Source: Moniliella sp. 'wahieum'
Lineage: Eukaryota
Length of the DNA: 64,000 bases
Reading direction: 5' to 3'
NCBI GenBank assembly: GCA_003971905.1
Contig: RSEE01000106.1
Span: forward strand, 1 to 64,000
Shown here: piece after piece, positions 13,268 to 26,525 of the stretch
How the letters are laid out: every line of letters begins with the position of its first letter
Numbering within the stretch: the stretch's first letter is position 1
Made by a program: the position numbers and the translations under genes
The notes under the pieces: generated by a model
Told to the model about the DNA's origin: nothing
The model's database searches: none
The model's input: the letters and a program-made list of their open reading frames with translations, nothing else

Positions 13268-13903
13268 ATGGCCCGTCGTGCGCGCAGCTTTGTGTGTGGA
13301 AAGCTCGGCCACCTCGCGTCAGAGTGCACCAGCCCCGAGCGCGTGTGCTTCAACTGTGGCAACACGGGCCACGAGAGCAACGCCTGCCCCGAGCCCCACT
13401 CGGCCACCCAGCGCCAGTGCTACCGCTGTGGCCAGTCGGGCCACATCAAGGCCGACTGCCCCAACGAGCCCATCGACCTCCCCGAGACCCCGGCGGCCGC
13501 TACCAAGGCCCCGTCGACGGCGACAAGCCCGCGCCTACGTCGGCGCCCGCACCCCGCCCGCCCAAGACCAAGGCATGCTACAACTGCGGCTCCCAGGACC
13601 ACTTGGCGCGCGACTGCACCCAGCCGCCCTCGGCCGACGCCCCGGCGCCCAACACCTCCCGCGTGCGCTGCCGCAACTGCTCCGAGCGCGGCCACTTTGC
13701 CCGCGACTGCCCCAACGGCAAGAAATGCTACCGCTGCCAGGGCATTGGCCACGTACGTCCCCCCCCCCCCCACCTTGCCTCCCCTTCTGGGCTGTGTTTG
13801 CTCTTTTTTGCTTCTCTTGTCCCCCAATCCCGTCGGACGTGGCTAACCTACCCTTGGGCCTTTGCAGATCGCACGTGACTGCCCCAACGAGCCGGCCGAG
13901 TAA
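13268..13903 (+). CDS. GIS2: CCHC zinc-knuckle nucleic-acid binding protein (GIS2/Byr3/CNBP-like)
   Basis: About six CX2CX4HX4C knuckles (CFNCGNTGHESNAC, CYRCGQSGHIKADC, CYNCGSQDHLARDC, CRNCSERGHFARDC, CYRCQGIGH|IARDC); intron 13753-13867 (GTACGT..CTAAC..CAG). Confidence 0.85.
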
Positions 13904-14220
13904 GGGCTGGAGCCTGTTTCGCTGCGCTCGGCTCTCGTGTGGCCTCACCTGTGACGCCTTTCATTTTCCCCTGGCCTGTTCCTGCTTGGTTTAGTGTGAA
14001 CTTGATATCCCGTCACCTCCCGCCCGTCCATGGTCGATCCTGTTTGCTCTGCTTCCTCCCCCGCCTGGCTCTATAGACATAGACGCACCGCAGCGCAGCG
14101 TATCTACCGAGCTCTGCGTTCTCACCCGCCTGCTATGGGGCCGGCCACGCGACGCAGTGAACGCAGCAGCTGGCCAGCGACAGAACTCGATTCGATTGGC
14201 TGCAACCATCCGCACAATGG

Positions 14221-14253
14221 GATACGATACAATACGATACGATACGGTACGAT
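14221..14253. repeat. Imperfect (GATAC)n microsatellite
   Basis: gatacgatacaatacgatacgatacggtacgat. Confidence 0.7.
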
Positions 14254-14292
14254 CCCGATGCGGCAAGTCAGCGATCCCAATCCTGATATCTA

Positions 14293-15730
14293 TCACGACA
14301 AGTCAATCTCCTCCGTTGGCAAGTCTTGGGAATCGCCACGGCCATGGAAGCCCGGGGAGGAGGCAAGGTTGACCTCTTCCATGCTTTCGGTGAGGTGGGT
14401 GGTGGCCGAAGCGTAGGCCGGCACGTGGGCGGCCAAGCCTTGGCCTTGGTGCGCAGCGATGGGCGTGTGCTCCGAGTCGAGCGGGGTAGAAGCCAAGCCT
14501 TGGCCTGTCCGGCCCGTTTCGGCCTCAGCCTCGCCCTCGGTCTCGCTCTCTTTCGGCGGCACGATCGTGTCGGACGAAAGGGGGGCGCATCAGGACGAGT
14601 GCCAAGGGCTCCAGCGGATCCACCGCTCCGTCCGAGGTTGCATCCGTGTCAGGATCGGCCGATGCGTCGTTGCCTCCCTCCTTGCCCTTCGTATCCTCCT
14701 CGTGCAGCAGCGCACCAATCGTTTTGCGCAGTTGAGCCAGGTTCGGTGGTTCCTGGCCAAGGTAGTAGGCAGAAATGGGGACCATCCTGCCGGACATGCG
14801 GGGTCAGTCTCAAGTCTCACGTCTCACGTCTCCAGTCTCAGTGCTTGTCGGATGTAGGGTGTGGTTGGTCGTGGGTCGGTGGGTGGTGGTCAGACAAACA
14901 GAGGGGAACAGCCACACGTACTTTTTCTCTGCGTAGCAGGCAAAGATCCAAGCGGGTTGAACGATGGGCAGGCTGAGTTGGGCCGCGCGGTTGTACATGG
15001 AGCCCATGCCGCCCTTGACGGGGTCGCCGCGATTGCGCGGGTCGGAGCAGACGTAGTGGGTCGTCTCGATTTGGATCTTGTCGGTGGGCGTATGGGCGTT
15101 CATCTTGCGCAGTGCCGCCACGGCCGCACGCTCAATGTTAGGGTCCTCAATGTGGCCGAGACAGACGGCGATGCCCGAGGTGTCCTGGATGGTGTGGGTG
15201 CGGAGGCGGATAATGTTGGAGGGCAAGGCACCGGCCGAGGTGCGCAGGACAAGGTGGAAGGTGTAGTCGGCATCAACGTCGAGACCACTGAGTTTGGTAC
15301 TGGTGTTGACGAGCGGATTGGGGATGGCGGCCAAGCGGGCGCCGTTGCGGTAAATGTCGAGGCCCAAGATGCGCGCCGAGGCGAGCTCGACCTTGTCCCA
15401 CTCGAGCGTGACGGAGGTTTGGGTGACGTTGCGCTCGCGCAGCAAGGCACGCGCGGCTTGGTGGAGCCATAGGCATTGAGGATCTTCTCCTGCAGGTCGA
15501 CAAACGCCTTGCGTGTGCGTTCCTCCTCGGTCTCGTTGCGCGTGACGCGGATGTTGACGACGCTGCCGCCGCCGACGCCGGGCGGGAGGAGGAGGCTGGG
15601 GAACTCGATCAGCGACGCACGCGGGCCAATGAGGATGGCCATGCCCGCATCGAGCTTGCCGACGGTGAAGGTGAAGCTCTCGCTGGCATCGTCCGTGGCC
15701 GGCGGCGCGGTGGGGGGCGAGGATGGACAT
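14293..15730 (-). CDS. CHS5: Chitin biosynthesis/exomer scaffold CHS5 (CHS5_N + FN3 + BRCT)
   Basis: FTVGKLDAGMAILI..LIEFPSLLLPPG..GSVVNI; RNVTQTSVTLEWD..IYRNG..TSTKLSGL; BRCT with ETTHYVC..PIVQPAW; intron ~14788-14921. Confidence 0.93.
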
Positions 15731-15959
15731 GGCGGGGGCGATGGCGGGAAACGAGCGGCGCGACGCTGCGCTCCCGAGCTGCGACGTGGCGGGGGCGTGG
15801 CGCAGGCGGAATCGCGTGCGGCGTCCCATTCCGCCCTGGGGCTGCTGGCTACGCTGGATGATGATGCAATGATGCATCGCAGTAATATATTCTGACTGTG
15901 CTGCCCCATCGTCTGATGGACGCCTGGAGAGTACGTGATGCATGCATTGGTAACGGCGC

Positions 15960-18917
15960 CTACTGCTTAGTGGGGGGATGGCGGGCGTAGTGCACATGCC
16001 CCCCCCGCGGCTCCTCCTCCACGTCCGAATCCGAGTCGTCGTCGCCATAGACGACGAGCGCCGTCTTGCTGGGGCGCAGCGCGCGTGGGCTGGCTGGCGC
16101 GGGGTTGCGCGGGCTGGCCACCAGATGGTCCGCCAAGTTGCCCGCCACCAACGACGCCCGTCGGTCCGCCACGCTCTGCCGGGCGGCATGCGCACTCGCC
16201 GCCAGTTCCGCTGCGACACTGCCCTGTCGCCCGCGCGTACGCCCGCCCACAGGCACAAGCGGTGTGTGGGCCCCGGCTGGCGGAAGCCAGCGGCAGTCAT
16301 GTGCCGGCGCGAGACGGCGGTAGGCGGCTTGGGTGGACCGGGACTGCCGTACCGGTCGGGACTGTAGGAGAGCGGAGGACTCTCGCTCTTTCCATCGTCC
16401 CCTCGGTGGCAGAGGAGCCAGGCAGGTCCATTGGCCCACCTGGCACCGGCACCGGCACCGGCGCCGCTTCCCCGCTGGCACGGGGCTCGGACACACCTTC
16501 CTCCGAGGACAGCTCGGCAGGCACACTTCCCTTGGGTGGTGCGCGGTGCGGGTCGAGGGACATGGTGGGAGAGGGAGGACGGGTGTGGTTGGTAGAGTGC
16601 GAGATGGGCGAGGCGCCAACCGAGGGCCCGACGGGCGTATGCGCACCGCTGCCCGGCATAGAGCGGGAGGACAAACGAGTACGAGACGGGGGCGAGCGCA
16701 AGGAACTCATTCGCATTCCCTTGGGCGCATGGGTACGGGTCAAATGGGACAAAGGCAGACGAGGAAGCGCTTCGGTCTTGCGCTGCTTGCCCGATTGCGA
16801 CCGTCGCATGTCTCCGCTCGAAGGCGCGGAGTAGAGGTACCGCCACCGCCACCAGCCCCTGGGCCCAACGACCCGATGGGGTCACACCTTCGCTAGGCGT
16901 AGTGGGATGGGTCGCTCTTCAATATCATACGACGCTTCGCTGTTCGAACGCGGTGGGGTGCCCGTTTTCCTGCCTTGGTCAGGGGATGGCGGTATGGACA
17001 TGGTTGATTCGCGAGTTGGATGGGAGCCGGGAGGAGCAGGGGGGGAGGCTGGCACCGGATTCTTCGTAGGGGTAGCGGAGCAGGCGCGGGTGCAGATTCC
17101 TGGTCCGGTCCAAGGGACTGGGACGACGAGGCCGCGGGTTGTGCAGCCGACGCAAGTGGGGGGGTGCATCTGCAGGTCCCGATGGTGTGTCATCTTCCTG
17201 CAGCTCGTCTTCCTCTGGGTCGTCCTCGAGGACAACAAATGACTTTTGGCGTTGCCGTTCGTTCCATTTGAGCGTGGAGGAGATGGCACGGAACCAGTCG
17301 ACGGATTGATTGTCGCGACAAACACTAGGGAACGGGTAGCGGGACGCAGTGACTTTAATGTGGTCGCCTTGCTTGAGCTCCACCCGGCCACGTCCATCAA
17401 AACTAGCCCAGGCCGTACTGCGCGAATTGTAAGGGACTACAATGCGTACGTCAATGCTGTCGGGCAAGAGCATGGGTCGGAAGGAGAGCGTGTGCGGGCA
17501 AATGGGCGTGATGAGAATCGCTGGGATCTCGGGATGAGCGAGGGAGCCACCGGCGGCAAGCGAATACGCAGTCGAGCCCGTTGGCGTCGCAATGCAAATC
17601 CCGTCAGCCTGGACCGTTGTCATGTGATGTTCGTTGCCGAAAATCTCAAGCAGGGTGACAAACGGACTGGGGCCACGGTCAACGACCAGGTCGTTGAGTA
17701 CCTCGAACGTCTCGTGAGGACGGGTGGTAAAGCATTTGACCTCCTTGTCCATCGCGGGACACCCGTCGCCTTGGTGCGAATCCGGATCGTTGCACTGGTC
17801 GGAAGTACACTCTTCGTGCTCGCTGTTTTCGATGGTCTGCCATGCCCCGCGTGACATTCCTTCATGTAGATGGCACCCGTCTTGCCGCTCTTGATTGCAT
17901 ATTGCCGTTCGGCATCCTCCTTGTCCTCCCGTACCACGCTACCACCAAACGAACGGCACACGCACACGAGTCAGCGGGTCTGCCCGGGGGGAAAACGGGG
18001 GGTAGGAGCAAAGCACAAAGGGCAAGGGAGGGGCAACCTACATAAACAGTGGCCGTAAAGCGCATCCGCATATTGACCCGAATCCTTCGTCCAAGACGGA
18101 TTCCATGACCTTTTGAACTGGCCAAACTCAAAGTTGGTCAAAAATCCGAGCGAGCCCAGCGAGAAGGGCAACACGGGCGGCACGATCCGCTGGAACAGCC
18201 ACGAGGCAAACAACACCGTTCCATCCCCGCCAGCGTGACAACAAAGTCCACCAGCTCGGGATGTTCGGTGCACAGGTCGGGCGTCCAGTAACGCAACTGG
18301 CCTTCGTACGGGAACGCATCGGCCTCGGGGGTGTGCCAGCCGAGGAGCGGCGCTCGGCACGATGCGCAATCGGCTCGAACACGTGCGGATAGTCGCGCTG
18401 AATGCCAGCCGAGTCAAAACCGTTTAGAGCGCTGCAGTTGCTGGTCCACATACACGATCAGGCCGCGTCCACGCGGGCGCTGGCTCAGCATGAGCCACAG
18501 CGCAAGGTCGCGTGTAGGTGATGAGTGGTTGTCGCGCGCCTTGGTAATAATCAGCACGCTCTCGATCTTGCTCTTGACGCGCGCACGGCCAGCTGCTTGC
18601 TCATCTCGCGCACGCCCACGGCTGTCTCGGCGAGCTGGCGGGTCAGGGACTGGTTCTGGTCCTCCTGGCCGTCCTCGTGGCCGCTGGAGAGGACATAGGA
18701 GCTGCCATCGAGTAGTAGCCCTCGTCGTCGTCGTTGCGGTGCGGGTGGCGGGGGGGGCGGTGTCGGCGGGGGCGGGGGCAAAGAGGTCGGGGTGGGGGGG
18801 CGGGTAGGGGCCGAGGGCGTGGGGGGGGGCTGGTGAGGCGCAGCGCATCGAGCTCGGCGCGGAGGTGGGCAGCGTCCATGGCGGGCGGGCAGCACCGGGG
18901 GGGTGCGCGGGGCGCAT
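15960..18917 (-). CDS. UTR1: ATP-NAD kinase (UTR1/YEF1-like) with long disordered C-terminus
   Basis: ETAVGVREMSKQL, VLIITKARD, GGDGTVLF, LGSLGFLT, VLNDLVVDRG, QADG..ATPTGSTAYSLAAGGS, TPICPHTLSFRP; intron ~17939-18041. Confidence 0.92.
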
Positions 18918-19319
18918 GGGTTAAACGCTAGGGGGGGCAGGCGGTGTGGGCAGCAGTGGCGACGCTCTGGCTCAGCTTGAGCGCAGGCTAGGCTCAGCCA
19001 GCCGGCGCCTCGGGACAGACCCGCCGCCCAACCCTAGCCCCCGCACGTGCCCTGACGTCACCCGCCCGCGCCTTTCACACCTGTCACGTGTCGTGTGCTG
19101 TGATGTCACACGTCACACCAGCGCCCGCGGCCTATCCAAGCTACCGCCCCAACCAGCCAACGCAGCATGACATCTGTGGAATTGCGGGCATCGCACCTGC
19201 GCCTCCCATCCACCGCCACGAGAGGGAGACAGGGCGAACGAAGAGAAGACCAAACTGGCGCAACGCGCAGTGCAACAGGCAAACAGACAAGGGGAAACGA
19301 CAGCGCAACTGGTTTGCCA

Positions 19320-22300
19320 CTACGCCCGGGCCGAGGGCGACGCCTGGGCCGAGAGCGCAGGGAAGCCGGCGGGCCGACGGCGCGCGTCTCGCCTGCCTCG
19401 GCGTCCTTGGCGGGGTCGACCGAGACCGAGACCGAAGCTGGCGAAGCCAAGCGCCGCTCTTGTCTCTCGACGAGCGTGCTGAGGCGCGCCTGCACGTCCG
19501 GCGGACACGTCACGTCCGGGTGAGGCATATGGGGCAAGTGGGTGGGAGGCAGGGGCGTGCAAGTAGGCAAAGGACGTGCGAACGAGCTCTTTTTCCGGCC
19601 CCAGCGTAGGTTGCGCCGAATACGCACCGTAGCGCCCGCTAGTGCCCGTAGCGCCCGCAGTGGACGAGGTAGAGGAAGGGGCAGGAGGGAGGGTAAGAGG
19701 AGGAGGGGTGGGATCAGGTACTACAGAGGTGGGTGAATCATGCCGACCTGCACCGGAAGTACAGGAGGAAGCAACCGACGGCGAAGCGAGACGAGAAATC
19801 GAGTTGGGCACAAGGGGGGAGGAGGGCCGTCCGGCAATTCGTCCTTGATGTAGGGTACGTGGCGGGGCAGCAGACACCGGTGCGGGCGTTGGCGCAGACA
19901 CGGACGCAGGGACACCGTCTCCCCTTGTCCCTACTGGGCTTGGACCAGCTTCCACCCCCGCCAAAGCGAGGGGGAGAATCGATGGGCTATCGCGTCCCTG
20001 CGGGTGCGGTTCCTGGGGTCCCTGGGATCCTTGGGGCCAGGGGTTCCATTCCTATTCCCATTGGCTTTGGCATTGGCATTCGCCACGCGAGAAGCAGGGG
20101 ACGGAGCTGGACTGTCCTTTCCTTGGAAGCCGAGGCCGAGGCGGAGCGAGAGTGACCGCGGGACGTACGGGGCTTGCGTGGTCCCAGCTGCGGGGAAGCG
20201 AGCAAGACGGGATCCAAGCGAGCGGTCTTGCGGGCGCGTTTAGAGCCCATGCCAGCGGTCCAGGCGAGGGAGAGGTTATTGAAACTGGTTCGTGCTGAGC
20301 CCTTAGTCTCAATCTCGGGATTGACCGCGTCGACGGCGGTCGAACGACTGCGACGCACGACGACGTTTGCCCTTGCCTCTGACGCCTCGGTCAGAGGACG
20401 ATGCAGAGGACGAGCTTGGGCCCGAGTCCGAGTCCGAGTCGGCGGACAGGGCAAAGGAAGATGCCGTCAAGGACTCGGGCACGTGCGCTTCTCTTCTCTT
20501 CTCGCAATGGCAGGCAAGTGAGAAGGCAGAGGGCCATTGCGTCGGTCCCCCTGGACGGCGATAGGCGAACCAGGTTCGCGACTGCCAGGCGTGGGCTTGG
20601 GGGAATGGGACGCATGGCGACAGCCGCAGAGGCCGATGCGTCCGACTCTTGGCTCTCGGAAATCCGAAGTTTCTTGCGCGGTCGCGTGGGGCCAAGAGCC
20701 ACGTCCTCCTGAACCTCCTCGTCTTCTTGCTTCACACGCACCACCTCGCTCGCCAGACGCCTCGTCTGGCCGCCTACACTGCGATCCGACGCGGCAGCCG
20801 AGAGCGTCCGCCGGTGCGCCCTGCCGACGCTGAGGGCGTGCGTCGATGGCCAGGAGGGAGAGACTGCGCGCTTTGGGCTGGGAAGGTGGACCAGGGGAAT
20901 CCTTTGGATCTACGCGGTAGGTCGGCCAGAGGCGTAAGTGTACAGCGCCTGGGGCGGTTGAGGCGGCATCGCAGCTCGCCTCCGCAATCGGCCCGTCTCC
21001 TCAGGCGCACCCCAATGCTGGGCCAAGGCATCGGTCGTGGCCTGTTTGCCCAGCATCTTGGGACCGAGATTGGTGTCGGACGAATCGGAAAAAGATCCGG
21101 CCGAAAGGGAAGCGTCGGACCTGGCATCAGATTTCGCTCCTGCCGCTTCCATTTCGGCATCGACATCAACATCGGCACCAGCTTCTACTTTCGTCCAACG
21201 CCGGCCTGCGAACGCCGGCCTCGACGCGAAGAGGAAGGAATAGATCGACTCTTCTTGGGTTTGGCATGCGGTGCAGGTTTCCTCGCCTCAGGCCGGCCCT
21301 CCTCCTCAGAGGAGCCCAACTCTGAAGCTTCCCACGCCGGGTCAGAATCTTCCGACTCGTTCGCCCTCTCCAACCTTGGACTGTCGGCCGGCATTGTGGG
21401 GGGCAATGTTACGGCTGACGTAGACGCCTGTTCAGGGCCCAGTGTGGGAGGGAGAAAGGAGAGGTCGGGAGCGTCCAAAGTCCGCTTCGACTTGGCGGGG
21501 TGGTCGGGCCGATTGTCATGCGAGGTACTGCCGGTGGCCTCAGACGCGCGACCACGGGCGAGCGTGTCGGGAGTGGAGCTGGCGGTGGTGAAATGAGCAG
21601 TGGTAGCCGAGGTAGTGGAGCCTGTGCTGCTAGCAGTGCTACTGGTGGAAGCAGCGATGCGGGGTAGGGGTTCGAGAAGGAGGATGGTGGGGAGGAGCAG
21701 AGACCAAGGGAGCAGCAGGGTGAGGCGACGTTTCGGTGGTTTCCGTGGGCCTCGGGCTTATTTCCTTCGCTTCGTGGACTGAGGAAGCTCATCTGGCTCG
21801 TAGTCAGGGTTCTCCAAGCTACGGAGAGGTGTGAGCACAACGGGGGTCCCGTCCCGCGAGGCGGCACTACTATCTGAACGCGCAGCGTCGGCCCCATCGG
21901 AGGGCAAATGGGTGCCACGAGACGAGAGGGAAGTCCGAGAACGAGAGGAGAGCTGGGGCTTCGTGCTCCCAACTTGGCGAACAGTGGTCGGGACGTAGAG
22001 TCGAGCCGAGACGCGCGCACCTGATCTGGCCGCTGCAGGGGCTTCTTTCCCCTGGACCGCGCAATCAATCCCTCAGTCGGTATTCGTCCAGGCCAATCAG
22101 CCTTGAAAATCTTGTAGTGGCGTTCGCACCTTGTGCATTCCTCTTGCGTCCACCACGACTCTTGGACCAAAAGTGAGCGCGGCAAGTCAGGCATACGCGT
22201 TCGGGGCCGGTATTGCCGCCTCCAGCGCTTTCCATTAAAGCTTCGGGCTCGTCCAGCAGTTTACGCGTGATGTGGCCGTCCTTGGTGTTGCTATTCTCAG

Positions 22301-23656
22301 GAGCGTACTTGACTTGTTCCCACTCGACGCATTGAGTCGAAGTACTGGGGGGGGGAGAAAGTTGTGCGGCTGAATGCCGCCGGGACGCCCTCTCGGCAAT
22401 GGACTCGTGGTTCGAGGCATCCTCTTCCTTGCTGGACATGTCGAGGGAGTCGTCCTTTATGGGCAGAGCGTTGCCGGCCTCGGCAGGAGCAAATGCACCT
22501 CGTTGTGTGCTTCGCAACTGGCGCACAAGCACTCTGCATTGCCCACGTCAAAGTAATTGTCGCCATAATAGGTAACAATCTCCTCGTTGACGCGAATGGG
22601 GCGAATACAACGAAAGGCCATTTGGTTGCCTATTCGGTTAAAACTCAACGTTGGGCTCGCAATCGTGATTGACAAGCGAGCGGGCCCCGAAGAGTTGGAA
22701 CAGCCCTTGCGGGCCGATCGGATCACGGAAAAGTCCCGGCCGGCCCCAAGAAGGCCTTGGGTGCGATAAGCTCCACCTGAGCTCGATGCAGAGGAACGGG
22801 TTGAGGGGGGCTTGGAAGAGGCGACAGGGTGCTTAATGGAACGTTGCTGCGCTGCATCCCCGCAATTGTTCGTCTTCATCCTTGGATAAGTCGGCAATGC
22901 CGCCCCGCAGGCATGCAGGATCTCTCCGGGGCTAAACTCGTGTGTGGCCAGGACACAGAGATCCGCCTTGGAGAGAAGCATGCCAGGCGATTCGGTGTCC
23001 GAGTTGATGAGGGGAGGGAGGTGCATCCGGTGGTGGATGTGGGACTCTCCATCCGACAGGGCCTGATTTCCATTCTCTAATGGGGAGGTGCCAGCATGAA
23101 TGGCCTGGAGGTGAGCGATCGCTTTGTGGCGACGCGACGGAGGGGCGCACTGGGTGACTGTTTGTACCGCATCGTCAAGGCAAATTCGATTCCGCTGTTG
23201 GGGAGGTAGCATTCAAGATACCGCTCCATGTGGGCACGAAATGCACTTCTGTTTGAGGGACTTGGAAGCGAGGGTAGCGCTGAACGACCTTGAGCCTAAC
23301 GGGAAATGAGGTTAGTGGACGCTGCATCAACAGAACGCAAGAGCGCGGGTAGGAGCAAGATATACATACTGGGACAACTGATCCACAGCACCCTTGACGT
23401 CCTGCTTCTCGACACACCATTTGCGGACGATGACCGAAACCTCTTTGCTATCGACGCGGGCCGAGCGGTAGGTTGGACTCATCTGGGTTGAAATGGGGGT
23501 TTCCCACTCGAGATGGCTGGAGCAAACGTCAGCACCAATGTCTGCCGTGCAAGGCGGGCAAGGGGGGGGGGCGGGGGGGACGCACTCGATGAGAATGTCG
23601 GAAAGAATGTCGTCGTCGGACGCAAGATCTTCCATGCTAAGGTGAGCGGGGGGCAT
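19320..23656 (-). CDS. SET9: Histone H4K20 methyltransferase SET9 (C-terminal end approximate)
   Basis: MEDLASDDDILSDILI N-terminus; RDFSVIRSARKGC..GPAR..NHDC, FRCIRPIRVNEEIVTYYGDNYF..NAECLCASCE SET/post-SET motifs; two 5' introns; long low-complexity C-terminal region. Confidence 0.88.
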
Positions 23657-25494
23657 ACTTGGGTGAGGGCGGGGGGTAGGAGGGGGCAAGTGTAAGGTTT
23701 GGGGGGTAAGCGCGGGTGAGCCTCCGAGTCGGGGCCGAGAGGAAGAGGGGGGCGATGGCGGGACGGCGGGGATGAAATGCAGTCTGGGCCACGCAAACGG
23801 AGCCGCGGGGAGGTGTGGGGCGGGGGGGGGCGTCAGGCGGACAAGGCGGACACACTGATGCCCGAGCAGACGGCGATCGAGGGGGGCTGGTGGCGGCTGG
23901 TGGGGGGGCAGCGGGCAGCCCGCATGGCCAGCGCAGAGGCAGGGGCAGACGGCGCAGCAGGCGGGGGAAGGTGGCGGTGGTGGCGGCGGTGGCGCTGGGA
24001 GCGGCGGTGGTGGCGGTGGCGGCGACCCCAACAGCAGATGGTGGTTGGGAGGCAGGAGGATCGGCTCTGGTGCTCGGGATCGAATCTCGGGCGGCGGGGG
24101 GCTGAGGTGCGTGTGTGCGGTGCTGTGCGTCGGCTGCGATGGGGCTGGAGGCGTGTCTAAGCGGGTGAATCACAGCACGCGGGCGGGCGGGGCGGTGTGT
24201 GGACACGGACACTGGCCGCGTGCTGTGCCCGCATCGTCTCTCAGACAGCGCGGCACGGCAGCCGTGTGCGGCGGCGGCCCGGCCCAGGCCGTTGCCGCGC
24301 CTGGCCAGCACCAGCCGAGCCAGCCGAGCCAGCCGGCCCAGCTCAGCCCCCGCCCAGGCCCGCTGGGCGCCACTGTGCGCAAGCCCCACCCGGTCTCGCA
24401 CCCGCTCCTCCGCCGCCCACACTGCTCCCGCGCCCGCGCGCCCGCTGCCCGCCTCTGCCCGCTGCCCCATCGAATCCGCCGCCATCGCCATCGCCATCGG
24501 CGTCCCGGTTCAACATGCAATAGCATCTGCAACGTTCAGCGCGTCAGCGTCAGCACCCGCCATCGCCCGCCACCGGCCGCCCCAGTCGAGCCAGCCCGAG
24601 CCTCAGCACCTCGGCCCCAGCCCGCTCCCTTCCAAATTTCCCTCGCCCCGATACGAGGGCGGGGGAATGGAGGCAAAGGGGCCGGGTGGGGGGTGGGTTG
24701 GCCACCCAGACGGCCACCACGCGGCTCCTCGCCACCAGTGACTAGTGACTAGTGACTCACCATGGTGACGCATGCCTCGCGCAGCGGGGCCGCGCAAGCG
24801 CCAGGCAGGCCACGCAGCCCAGCACCGGCCAGGCCTGCTGGGCCGCACGTGCTGCTGCCCCTGGTGCCACACACTCCCACCCCCACCCCTGGCCACCGTA
24901 GGAGCAGGCCGGAGGCTCGCCGTGGCCACAGACGATAGTGGGGCCATATCGCCAGCCTCCCCCCCAAAAAGGTAAGTCCGGGCAACGGCCGTCACAATGG
25001 CTGCCCCCGTGCGCAGCCCTCCGCCGCTTGGCACGACCCTGGCTGCTGAAAAATTGAGGCGGAGGATGACGTCACCCCAACAGGCGCAGGCCCGGGTGAC
25101 GGGTGGCATCACATGTGGCAAGGGTCATCACATGTGAGGTGTGTGTAATCAGCCGCCGCAGGAATGGAAACTTGCAACTGGGCCCCCTGCATCGAGCATC
25201 CCTATTGTTCAAACGGGCATTTATCCACACAAACACACAGAGCCGAACCCTAGTGGTGGATTATTGCGCACGCCCGCTGCGGCAGGCGCTGGCCTGCGCA
25301 GTGCGACCCCGGCGGGCAACCCTAGTGTGGGTGCGCCCCCCGCACAGCGCCCCGCTGCGGGCGTGCGGGCGGGCGCGTCGCTGCCCACCCACCCAGCAAG
25401 TGCGTCTCCTGTCCTGCTGCCCCGACCGTCGGTGCTGACGCGCTGCCCCCCCCCCGCCCCCACCCACGCCTCCAGCTGTCGACTGTAGCCCACC

Positions 25495-26525
25495 ATGGTC
25501 CGTGGCCCCCGCAAGCACCTCAAGCGCCTCGCAGCGCCCTCGAGCTGGATGCTCGACAAGCTCGGCGGCGTGTACGCCCGCGCCCCAGCACCGGCCCCCA
25601 CAAGCTGCGCGAGAGCCTGCCCATGGTTGTACGTCTTTCCTCCCTGCCTTCTCCCCACCCGCGCTGCTTGCCCCCAGGAGGGACGGTGATGCGATTTCCT
25701 ACCACATCATGCATGGCTTTCCGATCCTCTGTGGCGACACTTCTTTCGATGTCTTGTCTGAGCCTCCTCCTGGCCTTGCATGCCTCCTCTTTGCTCCCCC
25801 TCCCACCTTCACTTCTTGGCAACTTCTTTGGTACACGTGGAATACTGACGCGATTCGCTGGGATGTAGGTTCTGCTGCGGAACCGGTTGAAGTACGCGCT
25901 GAACGGCCGGGAGGTCAACACGATTGTCCAACAGCGCCTGATCAAGGTGGACAACAAGGTGCGCACCGACATTACCTACCCCACGGGCTTTATGGACGTG
26001 ATTAGCATTGAAAAGTCGGGCGAGTACTTCCGCATTCTCTACGACGTCAAGGGCCGCTTTGTCGTCCACCGCATTGCTCCCGAGGAGGCTGCCTACAAGC
26101 TGCTTAAGGTCAAGCGTGCAGAGCTCGGCCCGGCGCGGCGTGCCCCACATTGTCACCCACGACGGCCGCACCATCCGCTACCCGGACCCGGACGTCAAGG
26201 CTGGTGACTCGATCAAGTTCAACCTGGTTGAGAACAAGCTGGAGGAGATTGTCAAGTTCCAGCAGGGTGCCTCGGTCATGGCCACTGGCGGACGTAACCA
26301 AGGTCGTGTCGGCGTGATCATTGGTCGCGACTCGCACCCTGGTGATTTGACATTGTCCATGTCCGCGACCCGATCGGCCGTGAGTTCTCCACCCGCATTG
26401 GCAACATCTTCATCACTGGCAACGACGGCCAGCATTTGATCTCCCTCCCCCGCGGCGGCGGCATCAAGCTCACCATCACCGAGGAGCGTGACCAGCGCCG
26501 TGCTCAGCGCGAGGCTGCCAACTAA
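25495..26525 (+). CDS. RPS4: 40S ribosomal protein S4 (eS4)
   Basis: [60 protein letters not shown]; intron 25629-25868. Confidence 0.97.
25674..25773 (+). ncRNA. Intronic box C/D snoRNA (predicted guide for 18S rRNA Cm49)
   Basis: Terminal stem CCAGGAGG/CCTCCTGG; box C GTGATGC 25686-25692; D' CCGA 25721-25724; C'-like GTGGCGA 25731-25737; box D CTGA 25758-25761; 12-nt guide CATGCATGGCTT antisense to 18S AAGCCAUGCAUG. Confidence 0.8.

Noticed and set aside
15858..15916. Possible C/D snoRNA (ATGATGA ... CTGA ... CTGA) between CHS5 and the NAD kinase
   Set aside because: No terminal stem, short, no rRNA complementarity I could identify, and box C lies within a GAT microrepeat
14810..16885. 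691-aa ORF suggesting an NAD kinase-CHS5 fusion
   Set aside because: Off-frame read-through in GC-rich DNA with indels; CHS5 has its own start near 15730
23700..25450. Many overlapping 100-290 aa ORFs between SET9 and RPS4
   Set aside because: Expected stop-codon scarcity in very GC-rich divergent promoter/UTR DNA; no domain signal
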